64,000 nt of DNA from Eledone cirrhosa (taxonomy: Eukaryota). Positions 1 to 12,520 of the stretch are shown piece after piece. Location: assembly GCA_964016885.1 (NCBI GenBank), contig OZ024740.1, forward strand, positions 181,722,001 to 181,786,000, read 5' to 3'. Each line of letters opens with the position of its first letter. The first letter of the stretch is position 1. Made by a program: the position numbers and the translations under genes. The notes beneath the pieces were generated by a model, which did no database searches, was not told where the DNA came from, and saw only the letters and a list, made by a program, of their open reading frames with translations.

Positions 1-426
1 TGTGTGGGAGAATGCATGAAGGTGTAGGTATGTGGGTGTGTGTGTGTGAGTGTGGGAAGATAGGTCTAATCGTAAAAGTGGGGGGTAGGTGTTATCTGGT
101 GTTAGAACTGGTTTTGTGTGGGTATGTGTGAGAGAGAATAAGTGGAGGTGTGCGCGTGCGTGTGTGTGGGGTGTGTAAAATGGGGCTAGAGGCCCTATCA
201 GGTTATAAATTGGGTGTTGAGCTCTAGTCTATTATTGATTGGTGGATGTGTTCTATCTATAATAAGTGCTTCCTTAATTCTAAGATTGCCGAGGTTTCTT
301 TCCTTAGTTTCTATCCTAACTGTTATGTTTTTATCGGTGTTTTTGCATTTAACTAGGTGTTTCTTAAATGAGGAAGCGTTAGTATTAAGGTGTTCTTTTA
401 TTCTTATGTGGAGTGGTCTGGTGGTG
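1..426 (-). repeat. Inverted copy of the 3' part (GIY-YIG end + 3' UTR, pseudo-LTR) of the adjacent Penelope-like element
   Basis: Reverse complement of 2063-2488 with only a few mismatches; runs off the window start. Confidence 0.95.
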
Positions 427-524
427 TTTTTCGATTTGGGCTGCGGTCATGTCCGGGATCACTGTGTACAGTTCACTGTCACTTAGGTGTTCGAAGGCTA
501 GGTTATTGTATGTGGCTTGAGAGA
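425..524 (-). repeat. Inverted copy of internal PLE segment 670-769
   Basis: 100-bp reverse complement of 670-769 with one mismatch (agtgac vs agcgac). Confidence 0.93.
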
Positions 525-2291
525 CTAAAACATTCCGTATTTAACATCTTACGGAAACAGAAGAAGACGGCCCCTAACCTCTCCAGGACACAACAACTCG
601 CCCTGAAGAACCTACGGAAGAAGGAACTTAGTTACATACCATCCGACAAAGGTAAAGAGTTCTGCGTCATCTCTCAAGCCACATACAATAACCTAGCCTT
701 CGAACACCTAAGCGACAGTGAACTGTACACAGTGATCCCGGACATGACCGCAGCCCAAATCGAAAAACAGACCAACTCCATTTGGTTCGATATCTGTAGG
801 AGAAGACAACTCCCGAATAAAATTAAACTCAACTACACCACTAGAAATAGCAGACTGCCCACTTTCTACCACCTCATCAAGACCCACAAGAATAGCACTA
901 AGACGCATATAAGACCCATCGTCTCTAGCATAGAAGGACCCCTATACAAAATTTCCTGGCTTCTCTCCCAGGTCCTCAAGCCTCTACTCTCCACCTTCCC
1001 CGGACATGTCAGTAGCTCCGACGAAGTTATACGTAGATTACACCAACTCCAGCCAGAACAACTGAAACTAAATAAATACGCTTTTAGCCTCGACGTTGTC
1101 TCCCTCTACACTACAGTCCCCGCTCACCCAGCTGTCGATTTATTGACGGACTGCGTGGTCGCAGAGAACATCCACTGCTACGGCCTCCACCCGACGGACA
1201 TACACCAGGTTTTGTCCTTCACAGTAGACAACACGTACTTCACCTTCCACCACCACACATACAGACAGACAACAGGATTACCCATGGGATCCAGCCTCTC
1301 GGGTCTGCTGGCCATCACTTACATGAACCAGCTAGAATGCCGAGCCCTCAACACCTGCCATTCCCATGCCTTCTTCACCCGATATGTAGATGACATACTC
1401 ATCCTTACATCATCCCGTGAGGAGGCAGAGAAAATATACACAACATTCTCCAGCATGGACGCCAGTATAAAGTTCAGCATGGAACACCCCGATGACCGCG
1501 GATCCCTATCCCTGCTGGACTTCCAACTCAGAGTAACAGAGGAAGGCAACATCCACACCTGCTTCTATAAAAAATCCGCCAGCAGGGACCTGTTCGTACA
1601 TTTCAGATCGGCCCTCCCACTCGGTGCCAAGTTCGGATACATAAAGAACGAACTGGCACGTATCAAGAACAAATGCACCGACGCCAGAGACCGAGACACA
1701 CACACCACACATTTCCTGGAAGTACTCAAACTGAACGGATACACGACATCCACCACAAACCGTGCCAGAAAGAACAGAGGACACCACACCCGAGGCACTA
1801 ACACTTGCTTCCTGAAGCTCCCACACTTCAGTGAAGAAACAACAACAGCCATCCGCAGAGCCATCAGACGAGAGGGTCTGGATATTCAACTGGCCCACTC
1901 GGGTCCTTCTTTGCGCGGACGGCTGGCTAAGAGACACTCCAGCAGACATGACAACTGCTGCAGACTAGCCAACTGCCCCATCAACGACACAGACCTATGC
2001 CACCAGGCTTACGTAGTATACAGACTAGAGTGTGACAAATGCAACAACTTCTACGTAGGTAGCACCACCAGACCACTCCACATAAGAATAAAAGAACACC
2101 TCAATACTAACGCTTCCTCATTTAAGAAACACCTAGTTAAATGCAAAAACACCGACAAAACCATAACAGTTAGGATAGAAACTAAGGAAAGAAACCTCGG
2201 CAATCTTAGAATTAAGGAAGCACTTATTATAGATAGAACACATCCACCAATCAATAATAGACTAGAGCTCAACACCCAATTTATAACCTGA
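522..2291 (+). CDS. PLE reverse transcriptase + GIY-YIG endonuclease (uninterrupted, N-terminus missing)
   Basis: SDKG motif, IKTHK..IRPIVS, SLDVVSLYT, GLPMGSSLS, RYVDD, LLDF; Cys-rich linker; VVYRLECDKCNNFYVGSTTRPLHIRIKEH. The first ~44 aa of track ORF 390..2291 come from the inverted segments and are artefactual. Confidence 0.93.
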   Translation, partial: RLKHSVFNILRKQKKTAPNLSRTQQLALKNLRKKELSYIPSDKGKEFCVISQATYNNLAFEHLSDSELYTVIPDMTAAQIEKQTNSIWFDICRRRQLPNKIKLNYTTRNSRLPTFYHLIKTHKNSTKTHIRPIVSSIEGPLYKISWLLSQVLKPLLSTFPGHVSSSDEVIRRLHQLQPEQLKLNKYAFSLDVVSLYTTVPAHPAVDLLTDCVVAENIHCYGLHPTDIHQVLSFTVDNTYFTFHHHTYRQTTGLPMGSSLSGLLAITYMNQLECRALNTCHSHAFFTRYVDDILILTSSREEAEKIYTTFSSMDASIKFSMEHPDDRGSLSLLDFQLRVTEEGNIHTCFYKKSASRDLFVHFRSALPLGAKFGYIKNELARIKNKCTDARDRDTHTTHFLEVLKLNGYTTSTTNRARKNRGHHTRGTNTCFLKLPHFSEETTTAIRRAIRREGLDIQLAHSGPSLRGRLAKRHSSRHDNCCRLANCPINDTDLCHQAYVVYRLECDKCNNFYVGSTTRPLHIRIKEHLNTNASSFKKHLVKCKNTDKTITVRIETKERNLGNLRIKEALIIDRTHPPINNRLELNTQFIT

Positions 2292-2693
2292 TAGGGCCTC
2301 TAGCCCCATTTTACACACCCCACACACACGCACGCGCACACCTCCACTTATTCTCTCTCACACATACCCACACAAAACCAGTTCTAACACCAGATAACAC
2401 CTACCCCCCACTTTTACGATTAGACCTATCTTCCCACACTCACACACACACACCCACATACCTACACCTTCATGCATTCTCCCACACACATATACAGGCA
2501 CGCATATAAAATTAAAAAAAAACAAAACAAAAACAATAACAAAACATAAACAAACCCCTCTTAAAGGGAGACTACTCTTTATCCACCTAATTTTAATTCT
2601 TTGATATTAAAGTTAGAACAGATACTCTATACTATTTCCGGTCAGCATGGCTTGATTAGAGAATTTAAGACGCTGGTTTGAGACCTTTACTTC

Positions 2694-2728
2694 CCTCCGA
2701 AAAAGAGATATTATCTCGAAAATTAAGG
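2694..2728 (+). ncRNA. Degenerate minimal type I hammerhead motif in PLE 3' UTR
   Basis: cct-CCGAAAA-a-gagat/att/atctc-GAAA-a-TTA-agg; geometry is right but the core deviates from CUGANGA at two positions. Confidence 0.4.
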
Positions 2729-2913
2729 ACATCTAAATAAATTCAAGGTGAAAGACGAATTCACATCAATATCTTTCACTATTGCATTCTTTTTTCTATG
2801 TCCATACCTGCATTGTCTTGGCCTTATTACACATATTCTAACGTTTATACCTCATTACACAATGCTTCAAGTGAACTATAACCTCCTCCATATATATATA
2901 TATATATATATAT

Positions 2914-3795
2914 AACCTCCGCAACCTCCTGGTAGGTAGTTCAACTCGTCTTCTCCTAGGACCCCACCTGGTTCTTATCCTTAATATCATTCCTGCTGCA
3001 ACACTTGTCCTTTAATTTCCGTTGTCCTGGTCACGCTTCCATACATGTCATAGTCCTGGTGTCCTTTTACATCATGGATCAAAGGCATCATGCAACAGGA
3101 CTGATCAGAGTCTGATTTACCGCCTTGGGTCCTGTTTCCCTCAAGGGCTCAACTCCCCTCCCCAATTTCTTCAATACCCCGATCGTTATCATACACGCGC
3201 TTGTACGTTCACCCCTAGATCCCTATGACTCTCTTATGGTCAGAAACATATACTCTTACAACTAATACAGACCAACAAAATACACACACTCCGCGTTCCT
3301 CTTCACAGCTCTGTATATACACACACACACACTCTTATATTAACATACTTTTGCTCATAGCTTCATACTTAGAAGCCCACACACAATCTTTTGCTTACAC
3401 ATACACTCACATATCTTCTTAGCTTTGTACGGACATTTAATAACCCATACACATGCGCACGCACACAAGTATAGCTAATTATAGAAAAAGTTTTTTTTTT
3501 CCATTTCAGGTAAACGCCCTCCAACATCAACTTTTCTAAAAAAATATATCATACACAAAACGCTAGCATCAACAGTTTTCCAAGAGATGTCAACATGAAT
3601 GGACCTGTTATTTTTTATCTAAAGACATTTTTTCTAATTCCACCTTGCCCGTCCCTTCAATCTATCTATTTTTCGTTCTTTTTTCTGATGAAGGACTAGC
3701 ATCCGAAATGGTAAGACACTCTCCCTGCTATTTCAAGCGTTAACCTAGTATATTCCTTCCATTTACTGTACCAATTGTGTTGTTGTTTCTGTTTA
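2914..3795 (+). mobile_element. Decayed PLE 3' fragment (Neptune-like) with 3' UTR
   Basis: Starts at (TA)n; relic translation NLRNLLV..CCNTCP and QSLIYRLGSCFPQGLN (GIY-YIG C-terminus); HHR motif near the end. Confidence 0.6.
3681..3716 (+). ncRNA. Minimal type I hammerhead motif
   Basis: CTGATGA (3685-3691), a-gga/ctagca/tcc stem II, GAAA (3705-3708), GTA triplet (3711-3713); stems I and III weak. Confidence 0.55.
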
Positions 3796-5218
3796 CATAT
3801 ATGTATATACATGTGCATATAAATGTGTTGTGTGTGTGTATGTGAGTACTTTGCATGTGAGTGTGTGTGTCTGAGCGTATAGTTTTGCAATCTTCACTTT
3901 CCCGATGGCAAAAGCTTTGTTCTTTGTGTTTCTTGTAAATTTCTGCTGATTAATAGAATCCCCACAAAATGTATTCCTACTTCACTATTATAACACAATA
4001 GATAATGCGTTTGTAAACAAACTTAAACAAAATGACAATTACTCTTATTAATTCCATCACGAATTTATTCAAATAGCATTCAAACTTTTCATGTGTAGGT
4101 AGGTATATGCTGCAGTTGTTAATCTATCTTATATTTTGCTTACCATACGATATGGTTGGTGGAATGTTTGTTTCTATGTTGTTCTTGTTGTTGTGTTGCT
4201 TTCTTTTGTGGCTTCTTTGTCAGTTTGATAGTTGTATGGTGGATGTTTGCTTAAGATATTAATATTAATATGCATGAAGTTATAAAACAAATATATCTTA
4301 AATAAGTGTTCCTGTCATGTGTTCCATTTGTGGAAAGCAAAAGTAAAGTAAAGCAAAGTGATGCGAAGTGAAATGAAACGAAGTGGAGCGAATTGATGTA
4401 AAGCAAACCTTTGAATAGATACAAATATAAACAAATTGAAAAGGAGAAGAAAAATACAGCGGAATAAAATAAATACTTGAGGCAATACGGTGACACAATA
4501 TGGAAAATAGAAGATAGAATAATTATGAAGTAAGGGAGGAAAGGAACAGCTACAATGAAGAATTTCTCAGTTCATGATAGAGTAAATGGTTCTAGAAATT
4601 AGAAATTATCCTGTTTCCATTTTTATAGAGTCTTTTGACTTTTGTCTTGTTTTCAGCTCATTATCTATTGTTGCTAAAATTAAACAAAGTTTTCATTATC
4701 TATGTCCATTGTTTAGCTAACATTTTAAATGGAATATTGCATTTACACTCTCACATATATTTATCTATTTATTTCCCAGTTTCTTGGTTTAGCCTTTGAT
4801 TCAAGGTTTTTAAGTTTTGTTTTAGATTTCCATTCCATACAGAGAAGAAAGCAATTTTAAAGAACACTTAAACTTTTATATTTCACTTAATCTAGCTTTT
4901 ACAATTCATTCCATTCTTCAAAGCTGGAATGGAATATTTGGAGCAAAATATGCAATACATTAAAAAGGAAAATCTTCACAAAATGTACTGTTATTGCAAT
5001 TATAAAACAACAATACAATTATATATTCAGAAACTTTTCATCTTTTTTCCTTGTTTGCTTTGTTGCTGATATATGCAAATACAAGATGTTATTCTGCCAT
5101 CTACATTTTATTTTCTAACCTCTGTTTTTGACTTTGATCATTTGAATATCAAAATATCAATGAGAAACGCAGTTATAGGGAATTCAAATATACAGTATAA
5201 GTTATATTATCATCGGCC

Positions 5219-5250
<32 letters not shown>

Positions 5251-5458
5251 GGCGACCTACGTAGTAAATCGTATCATCGTGAGCTCTGCAAAGGTTTGTT
5301 ATTTCCGTTTGTTAAAAATTGTCATTTATGGAAAATTTTATTGTTAACTGTTTATAAGCGCACATACATTGTTTTCCGAAAAGGACACCCAAAAAGATTG
5401 GGGCCTTGTGCCCAAAATTTAAACTTTTATAATTATCAACAAATTTCTTTGAAAAAAA

Positions 5459-7428
5459 ATGGCTAATTCACCTCTGCACCAAACAGCTGATAGCCTTCCT
5501 CACAAATTAACACCTCACACCGACACCACCATTGTAAATGTTACTACGTTTGCCAACACAAAAAAAAATATAAGCAGTAGCAATATTTTAAATTTGTCTC
5601 AGGCAGACATTCATTTCCCGCCATTACCAACGACTGCAGGTGTTAAAGCCTCCACCCCCCACCACCACCGCGACAACAGAAACAAAAGAAGAAAAAAATA
5701 AATTAACTCGTGATGTCGAAATGAAATCAAGCAAAATGGACTCTTCCCCACCAAAGACGACTGACGTCACCCCCACCACAACTGAAACTAAAATTAATAT
5801 TAACGATAGCAACAACAACAACAATGACATTATAACCCCCCCCCCCTCAGTTTCGCCAGAGTAGCAAAACAATTCGAAGCATTTACGGTAACTCAGGAAG
5901 ATTTAGAAAATGCCAAACAAATGGTAAAGAAAGATGGGTACAGGGTCAGCCCCCCCCCCACCTAATAAAATGGAGCATCGGCGCCTATGCACCGTGTCGT
6001 ATAGAACAATAAATGTAAAATCGCGCCGAGTGGAACGGGCATCCGAGTCCCAAATCCAAAAAGCTTTGGGACATGTGTGGGCAAAAAAAATCCACATTTG
6101 ACGTGGGCAAAAGTATGGAACCGTGGATGTGTTCTTTGAAACACCAGAGGAGGCTAGAGAACACTCCATGGCCCCATTAAAAAGTGATGAATTTACACTC
6201 GTCCCAAGCTATTGTGGCCAGAGACTCGTAAAGATCAGGGTGACCCACGTTCCACCGGCCATTGAAATTCCCTGGCTAATAGCGGCTGTCCTCGCCGGCA
6301 TCGAAGCCACACGAAAATAATAGCAATAGCAAAAGAAAAGCAGGAAAACTGGTCCGGATCTGGGATGGAGCTCCTGATCCAAGCGGACCAAAAAAGCATT
6401 GAGGAGATCCCAGAGGTAATAGACCTCACTGACGGCAGCCACCTCACGGTAATTGTCGAGGGCAGAAGACCTAGGTGTGACGTTTGTGGTGAAGGAACCC
6501 ACCTAAGGGCTTTCTGCCCTCAGGCTAAAAGGTTGAGGCCACCTCTCCTACCCACCCCAGTGACACAACCATCAACACCACCAGTAGCAGAAATGGCAGC
6601 AACAACTGTAGCAGCAACAACAGAAGCAACTATAACAGCAACAACCCCAGCAACAGTAGCAAAACCAACACCACTACCACCACCAGCAAAACCAACACCA
6701 CCACCACCACCCAACGCTTCAGAACTAGCACCAGCGCCTACACCATCCACCACACCACAACCAAAACTAACGGCTGTGGAGGATTTTCCACTCCCCGGCC
6801 TATCACAACTGGAGACAGATTGTGACGACGAGGAGTGGGAAACGATATCCGGAAAAAAAAAAGAAACCAAAAAAGAAAAATTTTTCTTCCTTCCCCCTCC
6901 AAAAACAAAATACAGAGGGAAACAAATAAATTAAGAAACAAAAAAGTTAGGACAGATATGCCACCATCCACACCAGCATCACCAACCCCATCAACCCAAA
7001 CACCAACACGATCACCATCATTAACCCCAGCACCACCATCACCACCATCACCTACACCACAAAAGTCACCAAAATGCGAAACAGAAACAAACCCACAACA
7101 AATGCAAACAAAACAAAACAACCAAAACGATACACACTACACAGCATTAAATTTGAACAACAAGCAATTATTACACTACATCCAACACAACACCAGCATC
7201 ACAGAAAAAGACTACACAACAACCCCAAAATTCACACCACCTCCACACATACAAATCACTCGCATCACACAGAAAACGTACATGACACTAAAACAAAAAT
7301 TCCCCAAAGACATCGGAGACTTCCGACAAGCACTCTCCAGGAGGATTTATAAGGACATCCTTCCTGAGGAGGCCACAAGCAGTGAAAAGGATGGAAAAAC
7401 CGTCCTTCCCCTACGAGAAGTAAGGTAA
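5459..7428 (+). pseudogene. Tx1 ORF1 (gag-like, CCHC zinc knuckle), frameshifted
   Basis: Pieces 5459..5701, 5640..5864, 6123..6320, 6365..6934, 6835..7428; CDVCGEGTHLRAFC = Cx2Cx4Hx4C; long Pro/Thr-rich tracts. Confidence 0.85.
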
Positions 7429-7462
7429 GTGGTCTTTCCCATCTTTTCCACTCCATTTCAAC

Positions 7463-10400
7463 ATGACCACACTCAGAATAGGCAGCATAAATGCGCGTGG
7501 CTTGGGGTCGTCATGGAAGCAGGGCCACCTGCTCAACGACCTCAGCCCACTAAACATAGATGTAGTGGCCATCAGCGAGACCAGAATCTCCGAAGGACAG
7601 GCTTTCGCACCGATCTTCGGCGGCTACGATGTGTACGCATCTCCCAGCCGTCCGGGATCGGGGGGAGGAGTTGCTGTGCTTTTTTCGGAGAGGTTTGGAT
7701 CTTGCCATACGGGCCATCTTCCTGGACCCAGAAGGTAAGTTGGTGGTGCTGGACGTGACCAGCGGAGAGGGGCAAGCTTTCAGGTTAGTGGCCGTCTATG
7801 CCCCGACAGGAGCAGGGCGGCCTGATTTCTTCCGGCGTCTGGAGACCTTTCTTGGAACGTCCCGCTCTTTAGTGTTAGTGGGCGACTGGAACGGGATCTT
7901 AGATGCACGCTGGGATTGTGTGGGATTAGTGGATAGGGAAGGAGGGTGCAAGAGTCTCACCAACCTGCTCAGACGTTTTGAACTGTCTGACAGGTACCGA
8001 ATGGATTTCCCGAATGTACCAATGTGGACTTGGACAAATCGCATAGGGTCATCCAGATCATATCTAGATAGAGTATTTTGTAGGGAAATAGATAGGTCTA
8101 GCATAGGCTGTCCACAATTCAAGATAGTCAGCTACACGGACCACAAATTCGTGATCTGTGTGCTTGACTTAGTTAGGCTTCATAGACGAGGACCCGGCTA
8201 CTGGAAGCTAAACGCGTCCTTACCAGCGCGCAAGGCCTACAGAGACCGGATTAGCGAACTAGTTAAGCGGGCGTTGACGGGGGCCATCGTCAACAACAAG
8301 TGGTGGTTTGCTCTGAAAAGAGCAATTAGAATAGAGTCCATTAGGTTTAGTAAGACATTAGCAATAGAGAAAAATAGAGCAGAGGGAGAATTAGTTCGAA
8401 AATTAGATGAGGCGCTTAGCAAAGGCATCGCGACCGACGTACTTGCGGCGAAATTGGCCCTTGACCAATTCTTCAATGCAAAGCACGAAGGCTGCGTTGT
8501 CAGAGCTAGGGTGCGTGCTCTCAGACACGAGGGGACGAAAGCCGTTCAATGGGCCCGAGTGGCGGAGGCGCGTCGTGGCAACAAAGCCACGATCCGGTCT
8601 TTGGTGGACCACGACGGGCGCATGCTACTCGATCCCGGGCAAATGTCTGAAGCTTTTCAGCGACACTTCGCTCAACTGTTCGGGGGCAGTGGCGGGTCGG
8701 ATCGAGGGATGGACATTAGTGTCTACCTCGACGGACTGCCGCGGCTTTCGGCCACTGAGGCGGAGTGTTGCGAAAAGCCGATAACAACCGCTGAAGTACG
8801 GGATGCAATGACTAGTTGCACAAGGGGTAAATCGCCTGGTTTAGATGGTCTGCCCTATGAACTTTACGTACAAATGCCAAACTTGTTCGGAGGCCTCTTG
8901 GCGGACGTCTACTGCAACTGGCAACAGAACGGGAGAATTCCCAGCTCTGTGAGCCGAGGAGCGGTGGCGCTGCTGAGAAAGGATCCGAACAAGGGGGTTA
9001 ACATAGATAATTTTAGGCCCATAACCCTGCTAAACACAGAGTTCAAGATTTTGGCCAAGGTGCTAGCAAAGAGGTTGGCGCTTGTCGTTGGTGGTCTGGT
9101 GGAAGAGGCACAGACATGCGCCATTCCCGACAGATCCATCCACGACAACCTCCACCTCATGCGATACATCGTAGAGAGGGTAGCTAGGGAACCTGGCACG
9201 GGTGGGTCTTTGATCAATTTAGATCATCGAAAGCCTTCGATAGGGTCGACCATCGTTACCTAGCGGCAGTCCTGAGGGCGGCTGGCTTTGGGCCCGTCTT
9301 CAGAGTCTGGATCGCTGCCATGCACAGCGACATCTGCTCGGTAGTGAGAGTGAACGGTCACCTTTCGGAACCGTTCAACATCATGCGCTCGGTCCGCCAA
9401 GGATGTCCGCTCTCGTCCCTATTGTACGTATTGACTCTCGAGCCATTACTGCACAAACTGGAGACGTTGAGGGGGGTCCCGCGCGAACTAGGATTCGGAA
9501 GATCCGTGTCAGCATATGCCGACGATGTCACCGTAGTGGTGTCGAACGCCAAACACATCGAGGCGATCGGCACTACACTAAGAGAATACGAAGCGGTTAC
9601 AGGAGCAATGATCAACCAGGAAAAGTCAGTGGGCCTGCAGCTCGGCACCCGGAGAGGCAGGTCCATGCCGTCCAACAGCGTCGTCGGGCGCTGGACGGAC
9701 GGACCGGTTAAATTGCTAGGGGTCTGGTTCGGTCCAGACCTCCAGACGGATAAAAACTGGGACGAGGTGACGAGCAGGGTGGCTTCTCTCACCCAGAAAT
9801 GGGCCGAGAGGAAGCTATCCCTGAAAGGTCGAGCGGAGGTGGCGAATGCGTACATCGCATCCGTCATCTACTACCGCCTGACCGTCGTACCTTGTCCTAA
9901 GCCCCTCCTGACTACGCTGGAGCGTTTGCTCTTTCGCTTCTTGTGGAAGGGACGCGCTCCGATGGTCAGGCGGTCCATCTGCTGTCAACACCCGCTACGT
10001 GGAGGGCTGGGCATGCCGTGGCTGATGATGCGCAGACACGCGCTCAGGCTACGACATCTCCACCTCTTCCTCGACGGTGATCAGGTGTGGTCGCCGTTTG
10101 CTAGACACGTTTTTCCCCAGCTCGTCTCCTCGACGGAGCTGCAGTCCTGGGTCAAACGAAGACCGAGAGGGAGCGCTTGGAGACTGGAATGTCTTCAGGC
10201 GCTCACAGCCCTCGACCAATCGGGCAATGTGATCGGTGGAAACTCCACCTTGGCGTTCTATAGGGGATTAGTGGAGGGGAAGAGCGACGACGTACTTGGA
10301 GAAACTCTAGGCGTCGACGAAAATCAACTAGCCAATCTCTTCGGAAGGACTTTCGGGCCGGGGCCTATGGACAACTTCCAGAAATCCCTGGCCTGGCAGT

Positions 10401-10882
10401 GCTACCGAGGAGCCTTGCCAGTTCGGGATAAACTCTACAGGCATGGAGGTGCCGTCAGCCGGGCATGTCCGAGATGCGCGCAGGGCGACGAAACCGTCCT
10501 GCACGCACTCGTCCAGTGTCCGAGCATTGCTGACTTGTGTGTTTATGTCGAACACCTGCTGTCACGTGTAGGACGGATCCAGCTATCAGCTGAGTCCATC
10601 GTGAGGAATGCCCCGCCCCCTTCCTTTAGCCGGGAAGGGCAGGCAGTTTTTATCTGTCTGGTGGCCATGGCGAAAGAGATAGTATGGTGGACACGTTTGA
10701 AAGGGCTGAAGACGAGCACTTACCTCTTCGGTGATGCCCTGATTAACTTTTTCAAATTTCATTTGAAAAGGAAAATCAGGGTAGAGAGGGAAGTGCTCTC
10801 TTCCCAGCATTTTGTTGAAAGATGGGTGAGAGAAGCAAGTATGGCCCGAATGAATGGGCCTTCTCTGAGTATGTGTCTGTAA
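7463..10882 (+). pseudogene. Tx1 ORF2: APE endonuclease - RT - Cys/His zinc motif; two frameshifts (~7685, ~9228)
   Basis: SINARGL, VAISET, VGDWN, YLDRVF, TDHK (APE); PGLDG, FRPITLLN, VRQGCPLS, YADD (RT); CPRC..ETVLHALVQC. Confidence 0.93.
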
Positions 10883-11124
10883 ATTAAAGGTGGAAAACTG
10901 GGAGAGGGCACTTGCCCTGGTGGTCAGGGCCAGTGTGGTCTTTTAATGGGCTTTCTCCACAAATGTCCCTCGGAAGTCTCCCCCCTATTGGGGAATTTTT
11001 CTTTGTTATTTTATTTCATCCTCTGTTTTTTTACACGCAGAAATGCCCATTTGTACCGTCCTGTATTGTCCTGTACTGTCCTTAATGTCTACTTTATGTA
11101 AACCCTTGTGGTTAATAAAGAAAA

Positions 11125-11159
<35 letters not shown>

Positions 11160-12408
11160 GTCTTATTTTATAGCATGTCATCACTGAATTACTAATCTCT
11201 GTGTGCCTTGAAAATGTGTTCTATAGGATATATGTTGTACTTAATAAACCTGCGTCCATGGAGGATATTTGCACAATTTTTATTATTTTGGCTTGTGTTT
11301 GTATTCTTTTTATGATTTTGTTTTGTGTTTATTTTATATCCTAACCAGTTCACCAATTGTTATTGATGTTAATCCTTTCTCATACACATATATTTCCTAT
11401 TTACATTATCTATGGTTATGTAAAACAAAAAGACTTGAATTTGCAGAGGTCCCCTTATTATACTGCCTTTACATTTGGAAGACTTAAAAGAAAAAAGGAA
11501 AGTAACAATAACTCATATACAATAATTCATATATTATCTTCTTATCAGATACTTGGTCTACATGCTTGCAGCAGGATGGACTCTGTTGATGACACCCGCC
11601 GATCATGTGGTCGTGTTAAACCAAACAATTATATCTTCCACTTTCAGCCAACCTAATTTCACTCACAAGGTGTAAATCAGTTTGAGGCTAAAGTAGAAGA
11701 TATTTGTTGTGCAGCTGAATCAAGGAACGAATCATTTCATTGCGATGTGAACAATATTTCAGTCTTTCCTCAGTGTGGTTATATTTATCTTATGTCTTGT
11801 ATTTTGTTAGGTTTTAATATTATGGTGGAGCTTCATTGTTTTCTCCTCCATTGCTGTATGCTGAATCCTCTGTTAAAACTTCTACGTACTTGTATGGGAG
11901 ATATATTCTGTTCTAATTGCCTGGTTCCTATGTCTAAAACTAATGTAACATTTCGAGATTTAAGAATACATTTTGTCTAATCACATAGGCATTTGAAATT
12001 ACTGCTAGATCCATTTTATTAAACTTTTCAGTAGATTATTGTTCCTTGTATAAAATTGGTTTTACATAATTCACTTTATATATACATATATGTACTAGTA
12101 ACTTAAACTATTAAGTGCTTATTTCTTTAATCAATAAATAAATCATAGTTGTAAAGATTTTGCATTGAGAATTTTAGTTTACATTTTTCACATTTTTAAA
12201 ATGTAAGTTTAATATTTTCGAGGTACATTAAACTACATCTTGCCAGTCAACATCGTGCACTGACATACCATTTGGATACCACTGCACTGAAGAATTAATG
12301 CAACATTTTCAGTACAGCAACATGTTGACTTAACTTTATCCTTATTATTCTTGAATTAATGAACATTTGATAACTATATTAATATTTAATGTCTATATAT
12401 TTCCGAAT

Positions 12409-12520
12409 GCGCATGGCCTAGTGGTTAGAGAATTGGATTCACAATGATGAGGTTGAAAGTTCAATTCTCAAACTGGGTGATGCATTATGTCCTTGAGCAA
12501 AATACTTTATTTCACATTGA
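12409..12520 (+). mobile_element. tRNA-derived SINE head + central (Meta-like) domain, decayed
   Basis: A box tggcctagtgg, B-box-like agttcaattc, then tgtccttgagcaaaatactttatttcacattg; homologous to 14940-15088. Confidence 0.7.

Larger units (their letters stand above)
521..2889 (+). mobile_element. Penelope-like retroelement, 5'-truncated, C-terminal EN+ (Nematis-like, tentative)
   Basis: RT + GIY-YIG ORF, about 600 bp of CA-rich 3' UTR, ends at (TA)n 2890-2913; inverted pLTR upstream. Confidence 0.92.
5251..11125 (+). mobile_element. Full-length Tx1/L1-clade non-LTR retrotransposon, copy A, inserted in (ATT)n
   Basis: Begins GGCGACCTACG straight after (ATT)n and ends AATAAAGAAAAC before (ATT)n; ORF1 + ORF2; same termini as the copy at 47169-53052. 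Confidence 0.95.

Noticed and set aside
390-521. N-terminus of the 633-aa ORF
   Set aside because: Encoded by inverted duplicated segments; a chance open frame.
5945-5965. Programmed frameshift in Tx1 ORF1 (both copies break here)
   Set aside because: The two copies need different corrections and the site is a C-run, so slippage mutation or sequencing error is more likely.
11440-11980. Possible host exons (AG/GT-bounded open stretches)
   Set aside because: No recognisable protein similarity and no consistent exon chain.
12409-12480. tRNA gene
   Set aside because: A/B boxes run into a SINE core and no complete cloverleaf forms; this is a SINE head.
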